From: an uncultured Gammaproteobacteria bacterium
GTDB lineage: Bacteria; Pseudomonadota; Gammaproteobacteria; JAKDMP01
Assembly: GCA_964586925.1 (NCBI GenBank)
Contig: CAZPJI010000004.1
Span: forward strand, 1,052 to 65,051
Direction: 5' to 3'
Length of the DNA stretch: 64,000 bases
The notes beneath the pieces are model-generated. The model was not told the DNA's origin and did no database searches. It saw only the letters and a program-made list of their open reading frames with translations. This document shows positions 9,365 through 18,635 of the stretch, piece by piece (within the stretch, counting starts at the first letter, position 1; each line of letters opens with the position of its first letter). Position numbers and translations under genes: made by a program.

Positions 9365-9530
9365 TATTTGCCACCGGTGAAACAGCGGCACAAAATATCA
9401 GAATTCTGCTGAAACAACAAAGAAGCAAGAATTTTTGCCGTCGTACCTGCACCCCGGTTATGCGATCTGACTACGCAAGCCGCGGCGTGAGAGGCTAAAA
9501 TGCTCGCCGTTTCTCACGAGCAGACTAAAT

Positions 9531-10067
9531 ATGGACCTGAATCAGATCGGTGCTGGCGCCAACCCGCCGGAAGAGCTCAACGCCATCATCGAAATTCCCG
9601 CCCACACGGCTCCCGTGAAATACGAACTGGACAAGAAAACCGGTTTGCTGGCCGTGGATCGTTTCCTGAGCACTTCGATGGTATACCCGGCCAATTACGG
9701 TCTTATTCCCTGCACACTTTGCGGCGACGGCGATCCACTCGATGTATTGGTCGTCACGCCGCTGCCGCTGGTTCATGGCTGCATGATCGAGGTACGTCCC
9801 GTCGACCTGATGATGATGACCGACGAGAAGGGCGAGGACGCCAAACTGATCGCGGTTCCGGTCTCCGGCGTTTATGCCGGCTTCAGCAAAGCCCAGTCGG
9901 TAGAAGACTTGCCGGGCGGCCTGAAAGGCCAGGTCGAGCACTTCTTCTCCCAGTACAAGGCCTTTGAGCCCGGCAAGTGGGTCGAGATCGACGGTTGGGG
10001 CGGTCGTGAGAAAGCGCTCGCCGAGGTGCGTAAAAGCATTGAGCTTTACCAGAAGCAGGCCGGCTGA
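9531..10067 (+). CDS. ppa: Family I inorganic pyrophosphatase
   Basis: VKYELDK, VDRFL, YPANYG.IP.TL..DGDPLDVLV, DEKGEDAKLI, YKAFE.GKWV. Confidence 0.96.
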   Translation: MDLNQIGAGANPPEELNAIIEIPAHTAPVKYELDKKTGLLAVDRFLSTSMVYPANYGLIPCTLCGDGDPLDVLVVTPLPLVHGCMIEVRPVDLMMMTDEKGEDAKLIAVPVSGVYAGFSKAQSVEDLPGGLKGQVEHFFSQYKAFEPGKWVEIDGWGGREKALAEVRKSIELYQKQAG

Positions 10068-10085
10068 AGCAGGCGAAGTCGCGGT

Positions 10086-11099
10086 TCAAGGCACTCCGAG
10101 TTCGGCCAGCGCCGAACGGACTTCCGCGGGAGCGATCCCGCGCAGGCAGTTGAAGTGCCCGAGAGGACATTCACGCGCGAAGCACGGGCTGCAATCCAGC
10201 GCGCGGTAAAGAATGCGCACACGATCCGCCGCGGGCGGCGTGTAGCGGGGAGATGACGATCCGTACAAGGCCACGATGGGACGGCCCACTGCTGCCGCCA
10301 CGTGCATCAATCCGGAATCGTTGCAGACCACCGCTGCCCCCGCGGCCAGGACATCGACGGCCTCGTCGAGCGTAGTGGCCCCGGCCAGGTTGGCGGTGCC
10401 GGGCGCGGCGACCGCGATCGATTCCCCCAGCGACCGCTCGCGGGCACTGCCCACCACCCACACGGCATGCCCGGCGGTTCGCAGCCCGGCCGCCAATTCG
10501 GCGTAATGCTCGATCGGCCAGCGCTTGGCCGGACCATACTCCGCGCCCGGGCACAAGATGATCGGTGCAGCCCCGGGCTCCAGCCCCAGCCGCCGGAGCA
10601 CCTTCTCGCGGGTGGCGGGATCACTCTGCAGTTCTGGACTCGGCAACACGCCGGGCAGGGGACTGCCCGGAGGATACGCCAGGGCCGCATAACGCTCCAC
10701 CAGCCGCTCATGGGCCGGATTCAAGCGGTGCATGCGATTGATCAGGCCGTAGCGCCACTCGCCCCGATAGCCGATGCGCCGGGGGATCCGCGCCAGCCAG
10801 GGCACCAGCGCCGCCTTGGCCGAGCGCGGCAGGATGTAGGCATGGGAATAGTCGCGCAGGCGCAATTGCCGCGCGAGCCGGCGGCGTGCGCCGATGGCCA
10901 GCTCGCCATGACCGGCAGGCAACTCGATCACGTCTGCAACCTCGCGCATGCGGGCGGCCACCGGCAGCGCCCATGCCGGTGCCAATACATCGATGGGCAC
11001 GGCGGGCGACTGCTGCTTCAGCAGCTTGAACAGGGTATCGGCCATGACCAAATCGCCCACCCAACTGGGTGCGGCAACCAGTACCCGCGTCGGGTTCAT
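10086..11099 (-). CDS. waaF: LPS heptosyltransferase II (GT9)
   Basis: [49 protein letters not shown]; ATG at 11099. Confidence 0.93.
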   Translation of the reverse strand: MNPTRVLVAAPSWVGDLVMADTLFKLLKQQSPAVPIDVLAPAWALPVAARMREVADVIELPAGHGELAIGARRRLARQLRLRDYSHAYILPRSAKAALVPWLARIPRRIGYRGEWRYGLINRMHRLNPAHERLVERYAALAYPPGSPLPGVLPSPELQSDPATREKVLRRLGLEPGAAPIILCPGAEYGPAKRWPIEHYAELAAGLRTAGHAVWVVGSARERSLGESIAVAAPGTANLAGATTLDEAVDVLAAGAAVVCNDSGLMHVAAAVGRPIVALYGSSSPRYTPPAADRVRILYRALDCSPCFARECPLGHFNCLRGIAPAEVRSALAELGVP

Positions 11100-12043
11100 G
11101 CGCTGGTTTCGAGCCAGCCCAGGTAGTCCGCGACGCCTTTTTCCACCGTGCGGAACTCGACATCGCAACCGGTCGCGCGCAGGCGGCTCAGGTCGGCTTC
11201 GGTGAAGCTCTGGTAGCGACCTTTCAGATCGTCGGGGAAGGGGATGTAATCGATTTCGCCACGCCTATGATGGGCGATCACGGCCCGCGCCACGTCGTTG
11301 AAGCTCTGGCTGCGCCCGGTGCCACAATTGTAGACGCCGTTGTGCCCCGGATGGTCCAGGAACCAGAGGTTAACGGCCACAACGTCATCGACGTAAACGA
11401 AATCCCGGCGCTGTTCGCCATCGCCATAGCCGTCGGTGCCGGCGAACAGACGGCAACGGCCTTTCTCGGCAATCTGGTTGTTGAAATGCCAGGCCACGCT
11501 GGCCATGCGCCCCTTGTGCTGCTCGCGCGGGCCGTAGACGTTGAAGTAGCGGAAACCGGCCACTGGTGAACGCACCGAAGACAGGCGCCGGCGAACATAG
11601 CGGTCGAACAATGTCTTGGAGTAGCCGTAGAGATTGATCGGCGCCTCATTGGCCGGATCCTCGACGAAGCGCTCGCCCGCACCGTAGACCGAGGCCGAGG
11701 AGGCATAAATGAACGGAATGCCGCGCGCCGCAGCGAATTCGAACAGAATGCGCGAGTAACGGTAGTTCACATCCATCATGTAGCGCCCGTCCCATTCCGT
11801 AGTATCCGAACAGGCACCCTGGTGGAAAATCGCCTCGATGCGGCCGTTGAGTTCGCCTTTCTCGACGCGCGCCAGGAAACGCTCGTAATGCTCGTAGTCG
11901 CCGATCTGCGCGGTGGCGATGTTGACGAATTTGGTGCCATCGGCCAGGTCGTCGACGACGAGGATGTCATCCACGCCACGAGCGTTGAGCGCATGCACCA
12001 GATTGGAGCCGATGAAACCGGCGCCGCCCGTGACGACGATCAC
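11096..12043 (-). CDS. hldD: ADP-L-glycero-D-manno-heptose 6-epimerase
   Basis: [66 protein letters not shown]; GTG at 12043. Confidence 0.95.
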   Translation of the reverse strand: MIVVTGGAGFIGSNLVHALNARGVDDILVVDDLADGTKFVNIATAQIGDYEHYERFLARVEKGELNGRIEAIFHQGACSDTTEWDGRYMMDVNYRYSRILFEFAAARGIPFIYASSASVYGAGERFVEDPANEAPINLYGYSKTLFDRYVRRRLSSVRSPVAGFRYFNVYGPREQHKGRMASVAWHFNNQIAEKGRCRLFAGTDGYGDGEQRRDFVYVDDVVAVNLWFLDHPGHNGVYNCGTGRSQSFNDVARAVIAHHRRGEIDYIPFPDDLKGRYQSFTEADLSRLRATGCDVEFRTVEKGVADYLGWLETSA

Positions 12044-12273
12044 TCCGCGCGCGCTCCCGCCTCGTCCTCGCCTTCGAGCGTGAACCAGGTGCTGCAATAC
12101 GGGCACTCGGCCTCGTCACCGGGTTTTTCCAGCGGAATGTAGACCTGGGGATGAGAATTCCACAGGCTCATCTCCGGCAACGGGCAATGAACCGGCAGGT
12201 CGGCAGCCGCTACCCGCACGCGACGGGTATCGTTGGGCTCCTTGTTGCGTTTGGGGTCGGGTCCCTTATACAT
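12040..12273 (-). CDS. Small zinc-finger (CHCC-type) protein
   Basis: DLPVHCP...[11 protein letters not shown]...CPYC (C-H-C-C pattern). Confidence 0.85.
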   Translation of the reverse strand: MYKGPDPKRNKEPNDTRRVRVAAADLPVHCPLPEMSLWNSHPQVYIPLEKPGDEAECPYCSTWFTLEGEDEAGARAE

Positions 12274-12312
12274 GACAGACTATCTCGCGATTGCTGGTGC
12301 CAATTATAACGA

Positions 12313-14901
12313 TCACGACAATACAGCGGCGAACGTTTCGGCCCAGCAGCCCTCAATGTATCCCCGGGCGCGTGCCTCGGCATCCCTGTCCGGCTCCAGA
12401 CCGAGCACCCGCCGGTTGGCCGCGGCGCGAAGGCCGGCAAGGGCCTCGGCCAATGGCTGGGCAGCCGAAACATGACCCTGCTCCGCGAGAGCACGCATCT
12501 GTCGTTCGAGATCCGTATGGCGAACAACGGACTCATCATGCGGCGCCACCGACAGTAACCAGTAGGCCGCGATGAATTCGCCGTCGATCAGCGCCGCGGA
12601 GTTGGCTGTGCGCCTGGGTCCGACTCCGGCGACCCGTTTGCGCATCGCCACGATTTCCCCGGCCAGCTGTGGTGCCGGGATTTCACGCGTCAGCAAGCGC
12701 AGCCGTTCGGCTTGGAAACGCCGCGCAAGGCGCGCGCTTCCGGCAACGGGCCGGGCCCGGAGCAAAGCCTGGCGCTCCCATAACCACGCGCTCTCCGACT
12801 GGTAGCGCTGCCAGGCATCGAAACGTGACAAGAGCAGCCCGGCTGCACCCTCAGGCCGCAAGCGTGTATCGACGGCGTAGAGCGGCCCTGCCAGGGTCGG
12901 CTGACTCAGCAGCGAAAGAGCCCGTTGCGTAAGACGCGCGAGATAGATTTCCGTCGCCAGCCCCTCCCGCGAGCTGATGTCGCCCGAGGTATACACGAAC
13001 ACCAGGTCGAGATCGGAAGCGAAGCCCAGTTCCCGGCTGCCGAGCTTCCCGTAACCGATGGCCAGCAATTCGCCTTCCAAGTCGCCGTGGCGCTCGCGCA
13101 TCCGCATAGCGGCCAATGCGAGCGCCGCCCTCACGCTGCGCTCGGCGAGTTGCGTCAGCGCCTGTTCGCTTTGCTTCGGCTGCCATGCGCCCTCGATCAC
13201 GGCGGCCGCGACTTTCAACCTTTGCAGTTCATTAAACTCGCGCAATTGCTCCGCCGCCTCTTCCCCGGACAGCGTCAACCGCGCCAGAGCCTGCAGCTGC
13301 CGGGCAACCGTGGCCGGCGGTGCCGGGTCGCTGACACGCTCATCAAGCAATTCGTCTAGCGCCGCCGGCGTGGCCGCCAGGCGTTCGGCAATCCATGGAC
13401 TGGATCCGATCAGGCCGACGAGGCGGCTGCGTGCCTCGACCCGCTCGACCAGCAGGGCGAGATAGGCGCTGCGCCTCACCAGCGCCGTGAGCAACCCCAA
13501 CAACCGATGCAGCGCGCCACTGGGATCGGCCTGCGCGGCCGCGGCACTGATCAGCTCGGGCGCCAGTCGATCCAGGGCCCGGCGTCCGCGGGGTCCCATC
13601 AATCGCACGGGCCTCGAATTCTGGAAATTGAGCAGGACTTCCAGCGCCGGGCCCAGGCCCAGCTCGGCAGCCGCTTGTGGCGCGTTTTCGCCTCGCCATA
13701 ACCGCTCGGCGGCGCCCCGCATCGGCCCACCGCGTGGCGGCGCGCCGAGTATGTCGTTGAAGACCGCTCGCACCTGTTGTTGATGTTGCGCCAAGCTGCT
13801 CTCCAGCTCCGCTGCATCGGCAAGACCCAGGCTGGCCGCCAACAACGCACGGCGTTCGGGCTCCTCCGGCAGAACATGCACCGGCGCCAACGCGGCCATT
13901 TGCAGGCGGTTCTCGACACGCCGCAGGAAATAGTAGGCCGACAACAGGGCACGGGCACTGGCCGGTTCGAGGTGGCCCAGACGTTTCGCAGCAGCCAACG
14001 CACTGCGCAGACCGCTACCCGCCAGCGCGGGCTCACGGCCGCCGCGCACGAGCTGGAAAGCCTGCACGATGAATTCGATTTCGCGAATCCCGCCCGGCCC
14101 CTGCTTGATGTCGCCCGCCCGACTGCCCGCTTCGACCTCGATCTGGCGCTTCATCTCGCGAAGGGCCTCGATCGCGTTGTAATCAAGGTAGCGGCGGTAA
14201 ATGAACGGCCGCAGTTGGTGCAGAAATCCGTGTCCCGCCGCATATCGCCCGGCTATGACACGGGCCTTGAGCCAGGCATAGCGTTCCCAGTCGCGGCCAT
14301 GATTCTGGAAGTATGACTCCATGGCCTCGAGCCCCATGGCCAGCGGCCCCGATTGACCGAAGGGGCGCAGCCTCAGATCGATCCGGAAGCCGCCCTCGAG
14401 CCGTTCCAGCAGACGCCGTGAGGCACGCAAGGCCAGGCGCTCTTCACGTTCGCCCGTGCCCGCATAGGCAAACACCAGATCCAGATCGGAGTAGAAGTTG
14501 AGTTCCCGGCCGCCCAGTTTGCCGAGACCGAACACGATCAGGTTGCCGGCATCCGGCACCTCGGCGAGGGTCCGTTTAACAGTGGACTGCGCAAGGCTGC
14601 TCAGCGCCAGCAGACTTTCGCGCACGGTTTGCAGGCCGGCCAGTTCGCGCAGGGCAATCAATGCCAGCCCGTCATGCACACCGAAATCGCCGCTCGCAAA
14701 GGATCCGAGAAGGGGCAAACGAGCCGTTTCAATCAAGGCTTCCGCCTGACCTGGCCCGAGAATGAGCAGCCGTCGATAAAGAAAATCACTCCATCCCAGC
14801 GCCCCTGCCAATGCGCCCGGCGAACCCAACTCGCAAGACGTCAGTCCGCTCTCGGCCAGTCGCGCCCGGCCGCGCTCCAGCAAGCTCTCCCGCGCGTTCA
14901 C
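12313..14901 (-). CDS. glnE: Glutamine synthetase adenylyltransferase/adenylyl-removing enzyme (GTG start 14901 inferred)
   Basis: Two nucleotidyltransferase repeats: GLGKLGGRELNFYSDLDL / IDLRLRP / WERYAWLKAR and GYGKLGSRELGFASDLDL / VDTRLRPEG / WERQALLRAR. Confidence 0.92.
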   Translation of the reverse strand: MNARESLLERGRARLAESGLTSCELGSPGALAGALGWSDFLYRRLLILGPGQAEALIETARLPLLGSFASGDFGVHDGLALIALRELAGLQTVRESLLALSSLAQSTVKRTLAEVPDAGNLIVFGLGKLGGRELNFYSDLDLVFAYAGTGEREERLALRASRRLLERLEGGFRIDLRLRPFGQSGPLAMGLEAMESYFQNHGRDWERYAWLKARVIAGRYAAGHGFLHQLRPFIYRRYLDYNAIEALREMKRQIEVEAGSRAGDIKQGPGGIREIEFIVQAFQLVRGGREPALAGSGLRSALAAAKRLGHLEPASARALLSAYYFLRRVENRLQMAALAPVHVLPEEPERRALLAASLGLADAAELESSLAQHQQQVRAVFNDILGAPPRGGPMRGAAERLWRGENAPQAAAELGLGPALEVLLNFQNSRPVRLMGPRGRRALDRLAPELISAAAAQADPSGALHRLLGLLTALVRRSAYLALLVERVEARSRLVGLIGSSPWIAERLAATPAALDELLDERVSDPAPPATVARQLQALARLTLSGEEAAEQLREFNELQRLKVAAAVIEGAWQPKQSEQALTQLAERSVRAALALAAMRMRERHGDLEGELLAIGYGKLGSRELGFASDLDLVFVYTSGDISSREGLATEIYLARLTQRALSLLSQPTLAGPLYAVDTRLRPEGAAGLLLSRFDAWQRYQSESAWLWERQALLRARPVAGSARLARRFQAERLRLLTREIPAPQLAGEIVAMRKRVAGVGPRRTANSAALIDGEFIAAYWLLSVAPHDESVVRHTDLERQMRALAEQGHVSAAQPLAEALAGLRAAANRRVLGLEPDRDAEARARGYIEGCWAETFAAVLS

Positions 14902-14960
14902 GCGCAGCGCCCCGCAGACAAAGCCCGGTACAATCGGAACATCGACCCGGAGTGATTCCA

Positions 14961-15629
14961 ATGCTGCTGACCTTGTCCGACGTTCTTCAACCCGACGTGT
15001 TGTCCGGCTTGTATGATGCGCTTGCCGGCGCCCAGTGGGAAGACGGCAGGAACACCGCGGGTGCAGGCTCCCGCGACCGCAAGAACAATGCACAGGTGAG
15101 TCCATCCGATCCCAACCTGCCGCAATGGCGGGCGCTGGTTACGCAAGCTTTGTGGAGTCATCCCATGATGCAGTTCCTGGTTTTGCCCAAGCGCATCATG
15201 GCGCCGGTCTTCAACCGTTACGACACGGGGATGTACTACCAGGATCATGTCGATTTTCCGCTCCTGGAAGGCGATCCGCGGATGCGGGCCGACCTGTCCC
15301 TGACCCTGTTCCTGTCGCCGCCCGAAAGTTACCAGGGCGGGGAACTGGTGATCGGCCTGCCGGACGGGGAACAACGCATCAAGCTTCCTGCAGGCCAGGC
15401 GATCGTCTACCCGGCCTCGACGCTGCACCGCGTGGAAACGGTTCGTTCGGGATCGCGAATCGCCGCCGTCACCACCATTCAGAGCCATGTGCGCGGGCAA
15501 ACCGAGCGCGATCTGATCGCCGACATGGTCCGGCTCTGGCGCCTCGTGGAAGACATGGCTCCGCAAGGCGAAGAGGTACGCCTTGCGGCCAAGATCCATC
15601 ACAATCTGCTGCGCCTCTGGGCCGACTGA
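14961..15629 (+). CDS. Fe(II)/2-oxoglutarate dioxygenase (PiuC/YbiX-like)
   Basis: WEDGRNTAG, K.N.Q, FNRY, HVD, DLSLTLFL..P..YQGGEL, YPASTLHRVE.V.SG.R. Confidence 0.9.
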   Translation: MLLTLSDVLQPDVLSGLYDALAGAQWEDGRNTAGAGSRDRKNNAQVSPSDPNLPQWRALVTQALWSHPMMQFLVLPKRIMAPVFNRYDTGMYYQDHVDFPLLEGDPRMRADLSLTLFLSPPESYQGGELVIGLPDGEQRIKLPAGQAIVYPASTLHRVETVRSGSRIAAVTTIQSHVRGQTERDLIADMVRLWRLVEDMAPQGEEVRLAAKIHHNLLRLWAD

Positions 15630-15637
15630 TTTCAAAT

Positions 15638-17452
15638 TCATGAGGGAGACAGCACGGTGATGACCGGGTCATGATCCGAGGCACGATAAGGCGCCGCCGG
15701 GCCATGGCAAACGGGACCCCCGGCATAACCGAATCCACGCGCTTCATCGGCATCGATATGCCAGATGGCGGCGCCCCGCTCGTACTTCGCCAGCGCCGGG
15801 GAAAGGAAGACATAATCCAACCGCCCTGAACCGTAACTGCCGTTTTCCGTATATTCGGCGTCGCGGGCTTGCAACATCGGTTCCTCCTGCCAGCCATCTT
15901 GCAGCAATTCGCGGATAGCGGCCTCGTACGGATAGGCATTGAAGTCCCCGATGAGTGCCACGGCCGAAGTTGCAATGCCCGTCGGCCGCTGCCCGATCCA
16001 ACGCGCGAGATACGGTATGGCACGTGCACGTGCCCGCGCACAATGCCCCCCCCCATCCGAATTATCCAGATCCTTGCCGCAGCGGCTGCGCTTGGAGCGC
16101 AGATGCACCACGACGACGGTAAACGGCTTGCCGCCGGCGCGCGCACGGAAACTGGCGGCCAGAGCGGGACGCGTGAGCCCCTTGCGTACCGCACTGTCAT
16201 CGTCCGGGGGATCCAGCATGGCAACGTGACCCACACGAGCCAGACGGCTCGCATCATAAATCAGAGCCGGCGCAATAAGGTCCGTCCCGAGCCGTCGGGT
16301 TGGAGGGTGAACAAACCGATAGGCCGCCTTCGGCAGCGACCGGTTGAGCGCATCGACCAAGGTGCCAAGAGCGCCTTTCGGCCCATACCCGTTGTTCTCG
16401 ATCTCCTCCAGACCCGCAACCGTCGGCCGCATGGTTTGCAGCGCTGCGACCAGCTTGTCCGTCTGACACAGCCACTGCGAATGCGTACGCGCGCCGCGCT
16501 CGGTCGGAAAGGGCGATCCCGACGTTGCGCGATTGAAATAATTTTCGACATTGAAGGTCACCAGGCGCAGACCCTGCGGAAGTCCCAGCGACGCCCAGTC
16601 CGGTCGCGGGTTGGTCTTGCGCATCCGTCCGATGTGCGTCACTTCCAGCAAATAACGTCCGTAAGCGTGATAGGCCATGCCGGCGACGGATTCGAATACA
16701 TCACCGACACGCAGCGGGTGCAAGGCATTGAAAACCAGCTTGCCCAACTGCAGAGTTTGCGGTTGAGCCTTGCTGTTGCCGTGCAGCCAGATCTCCCGCC
16801 CGGCCGCAACCCGTATCAATTGACGTATGGCCGGGCCTGGAGTAGTCAACGCGGTGGGCGCATAGTGCTGTCCGCCTGCGTGCAGGCGCACTTCGCCGTA
16901 GCGAAGGAAATCGTCGAGATCGTCCACCGTGAGCGGCTGCCGGAGCTGAATGCGCATGCCGAGCCTGGCTTCCCATTGCCGTGCCGACTGCGGCAAAGAC
17001 ACGGTGATCGCCGGCGGCAATGCGAGCCGCCCACAATGTTCCATGCCTCGCGGGTACGCCAATTCCGGCACACCGTGAAAGGTCTGGTAACGAGCGGTGA
17101 ATGCGAGCCGCTGCCCGGAGGCAAAATTGTCCAGCGACTGCCGCCCGTCATAGACGAACGCGGCTTCGGTGGTGGCGGGGTCGTCATCCCACCCCGCCCG
17201 GGGCGTTTCGAGGAAAAATCCGTGCATACGCGGGAACACTGCAGTCACCACGCCTGTCACCCTGACCGTGTGGCCGGATCTTGCCGTTGCCAATGCATGC
17301 AATGGGGTGGCCCGCGCCCCACAATCGCCCCAGGCGAACCGGGCCCAACCCAGCACCGCCAACAGGATCGCCAAGCCGGCGCACACATGACGCCTTTTAT
17401 CAAAACCAGCCCGCGGTCTAACCACCTGAGTGCGGCGTCCCCTTTGTCTCAC
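15638..17452 (-). CDS. ExeM/NucH-like extracellular endonuclease (EEP fold with OB-like N-terminus); start may be GTG 17386
   Basis: GVVTAV..GFFL, TFNVENYFN, GLEEIEN, VVHLRSK, GDFNAY, GRLDY, ASDHDPV; hydrophobic signal-like N-terminus. Confidence 0.85.
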   Translation of the reverse strand: MRQRGRRTQVVRPRAGFDKRRHVCAGLAILLAVLGWARFAWGDCGARATPLHALATARSGHTVRVTGVVTAVFPRMHGFFLETPRAGWDDDPATTEAAFVYDGRQSLDNFASGQRLAFTARYQTFHGVPELAYPRGMEHCGRLALPPAITVSLPQSARQWEARLGMRIQLRQPLTVDDLDDFLRYGEVRLHAGGQHYAPTALTTPGPAIRQLIRVAAGREIWLHGNSKAQPQTLQLGKLVFNALHPLRVGDVFESVAGMAYHAYGRYLLEVTHIGRMRKTNPRPDWASLGLPQGLRLVTFNVENYFNRATSGSPFPTERGARTHSQWLCQTDKLVAALQTMRPTVAGLEEIENNGYGPKGALGTLVDALNRSLPKAAYRFVHPPTRRLGTDLIAPALIYDASRLARVGHVAMLDPPDDDSAVRKGLTRPALAASFRARAGGKPFTVVVVHLRSKRSRCGKDLDNSDGGGHCARARARAIPYLARWIGQRPTGIATSAVALIGDFNAYPYEAAIRELLQDGWQEEPMLQARDAEYTENGSYGSGRLDYVFLSPALAKYERGAAIWHIDADEARGFGYAGGPVCHGPAAPYRASDHDPVITVLSPS

Positions 17453-18335
17453 CCGGTCCGGCCCGTACCGGTGCGGGACCCACGATGAGGCTCTGTGGCG
17501 TGCGCTGCAATGTATCGACCAGGGTCTGAAGTCGTGCGCTCAGGGTCCGGAGGCGCGCGAGCAGTGCATCGAACCCCGGGAGCATGGTCTGGCTCGCCTG
17601 CGTTGCCAGTGCACCGGCGGCACTGGCGGCGCGGCCCACCGCCTGTATCGGTTGGCGGGCTTCTGAAACCAGCGTCTTGGCCTGTACCAACACTTTGCGC
17701 GCGTCACCGAGCGTGTCGTCCAATTGCGTGATCAACCCGGGCATTTTTTTCAAACTCGGGCGGACCGCTTTTTCGAGCTGCACCAGCTGGGCGCTCGCCT
17801 CGTCGATCTGTGCCAGGGTCGCGGAGATGTGTTCGCGGTTCTGTTTACCGAGCAGTTCATGGACTGATTTGAGCGTGTCCTTGAGACTGCTCATGATCGC
17901 GCTTGCGTTATGCATCAGACCCGACATGGCCCCGGACTTGAGTGGCAGGTGCGCCGGCGACGCGATACTGGTCTGAATATTATTCGGTCCGGATCCCAAG
18001 GTCAGCTCCACGGTTTTAGTGCCGATCAGCCCGGGTGACGCTACGGTAGCGTAGCTGCCCTCGGGCAGCGGAAAATTCGTGTCTACAGCGACAAGTACCG
18101 TGATGTGGCGGCGATTCCGGGGATCCAGTCCCACCTTGCGCACCCCACCCACCCGGACGCCGTGATAGCTGACCGGTGAGCCGGGACCCAGACCGGCCAC
18201 GCTGCCTTGCGCATCCAGTACGTAAGGGACGCGGCTGACTCCCGGCGCCATCATCCACCAGGCGACGAGTCCGGCGCCGACACCGAACACCGCGAGAAAA
18301 ATGATCGCGATCAGTGCGTGTGCCCTTTCTTCCAT
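17418..18335 (-). CDS. MlaD/MCE-domain protein
   Basis: N-terminal TM, VAGL..GSPVSYHGVRVG.V, PGLIG, helical region, PQSLIVG C-terminus. Confidence 0.9.
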   Translation of the reverse strand: MEERAHALIAIIFLAVFGVGAGLVAWWMMAPGVSRVPYVLDAQGSVAGLGPGSPVSYHGVRVGGVRKVGLDPRNRRHITVLVAVDTNFPLPEGSYATVASPGLIGTKTVELTLGSGPNNIQTSIASPAHLPLKSGAMSGLMHNASAIMSSLKDTLKSVHELLGKQNREHISATLAQIDEASAQLVQLEKAVRPSLKKMPGLITQLDDTLGDARKVLVQAKTLVSEARQPIQAVGRAASAAGALATQASQTMLPGFDALLARLRTLSARLQTLVDTLQRTPQSLIVGPAPVRAGPGETKGTPHSGG

Positions 18336-18357
18336 ACCGCAATCTCCTTGCCGTCCT

Positions 18358-18623
18358 AGTGTACCCCGCCGTGATTCCTGGCACTTTCAGAGCCCCCCAC
18401 AAGCGCCAGATCAAGGCGCAGCGCGCAGGGAATGGCCGGCGCCCTTGCCAAGCGCTGCAACGCAGAGCTGGCGCTTGTGGGGGACTCCCTTCGGGCGAGT
18501 CGCTGCAGCCCGGCTGCCGCGTTGCGCACGCTTGAAAGGGAATAACCCTTCCTGCGCGCACGCGCCTTGCATCCAACCTGCAGCGGCTCGCTGAAAGTGC
18601 CAGGAATCACGGCGGGGTACACT
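18358..18623. repeat. Palindromic MITE/REP-like element, copy 1 (266 bp)
   Basis: Perfect 33-bp inverted arms 18358-18390 (agtgtaccccgccgtgattcctggcactttcag) and 18591-18623; inner 16-bp stem 18394-18409/18468-18483; cUUCGg hairpin 18485-18499. Confidence 0.9.
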
Positions 18624-18635
18624 GGCGCTCCGGCG

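Noticed and set aside
14902-15105. N-terminal extension of glnE given by the ORF track
   Set aside because: It overlaps the divergent dioxygenase gene head-to-head and has no GlnE-like sequence.
15869-17488. 539-aa plus-strand ORF
   Set aside because: Antisense shadow of the ExeM-like nuclease; no motifs, and long shadow ORFs are expected at high GC.
18356-18622. Small ORFs on both strands inside repeat copy 1
   Set aside because: By-products of the palindrome; no transposase or toxin features, and not preserved in copy 2.
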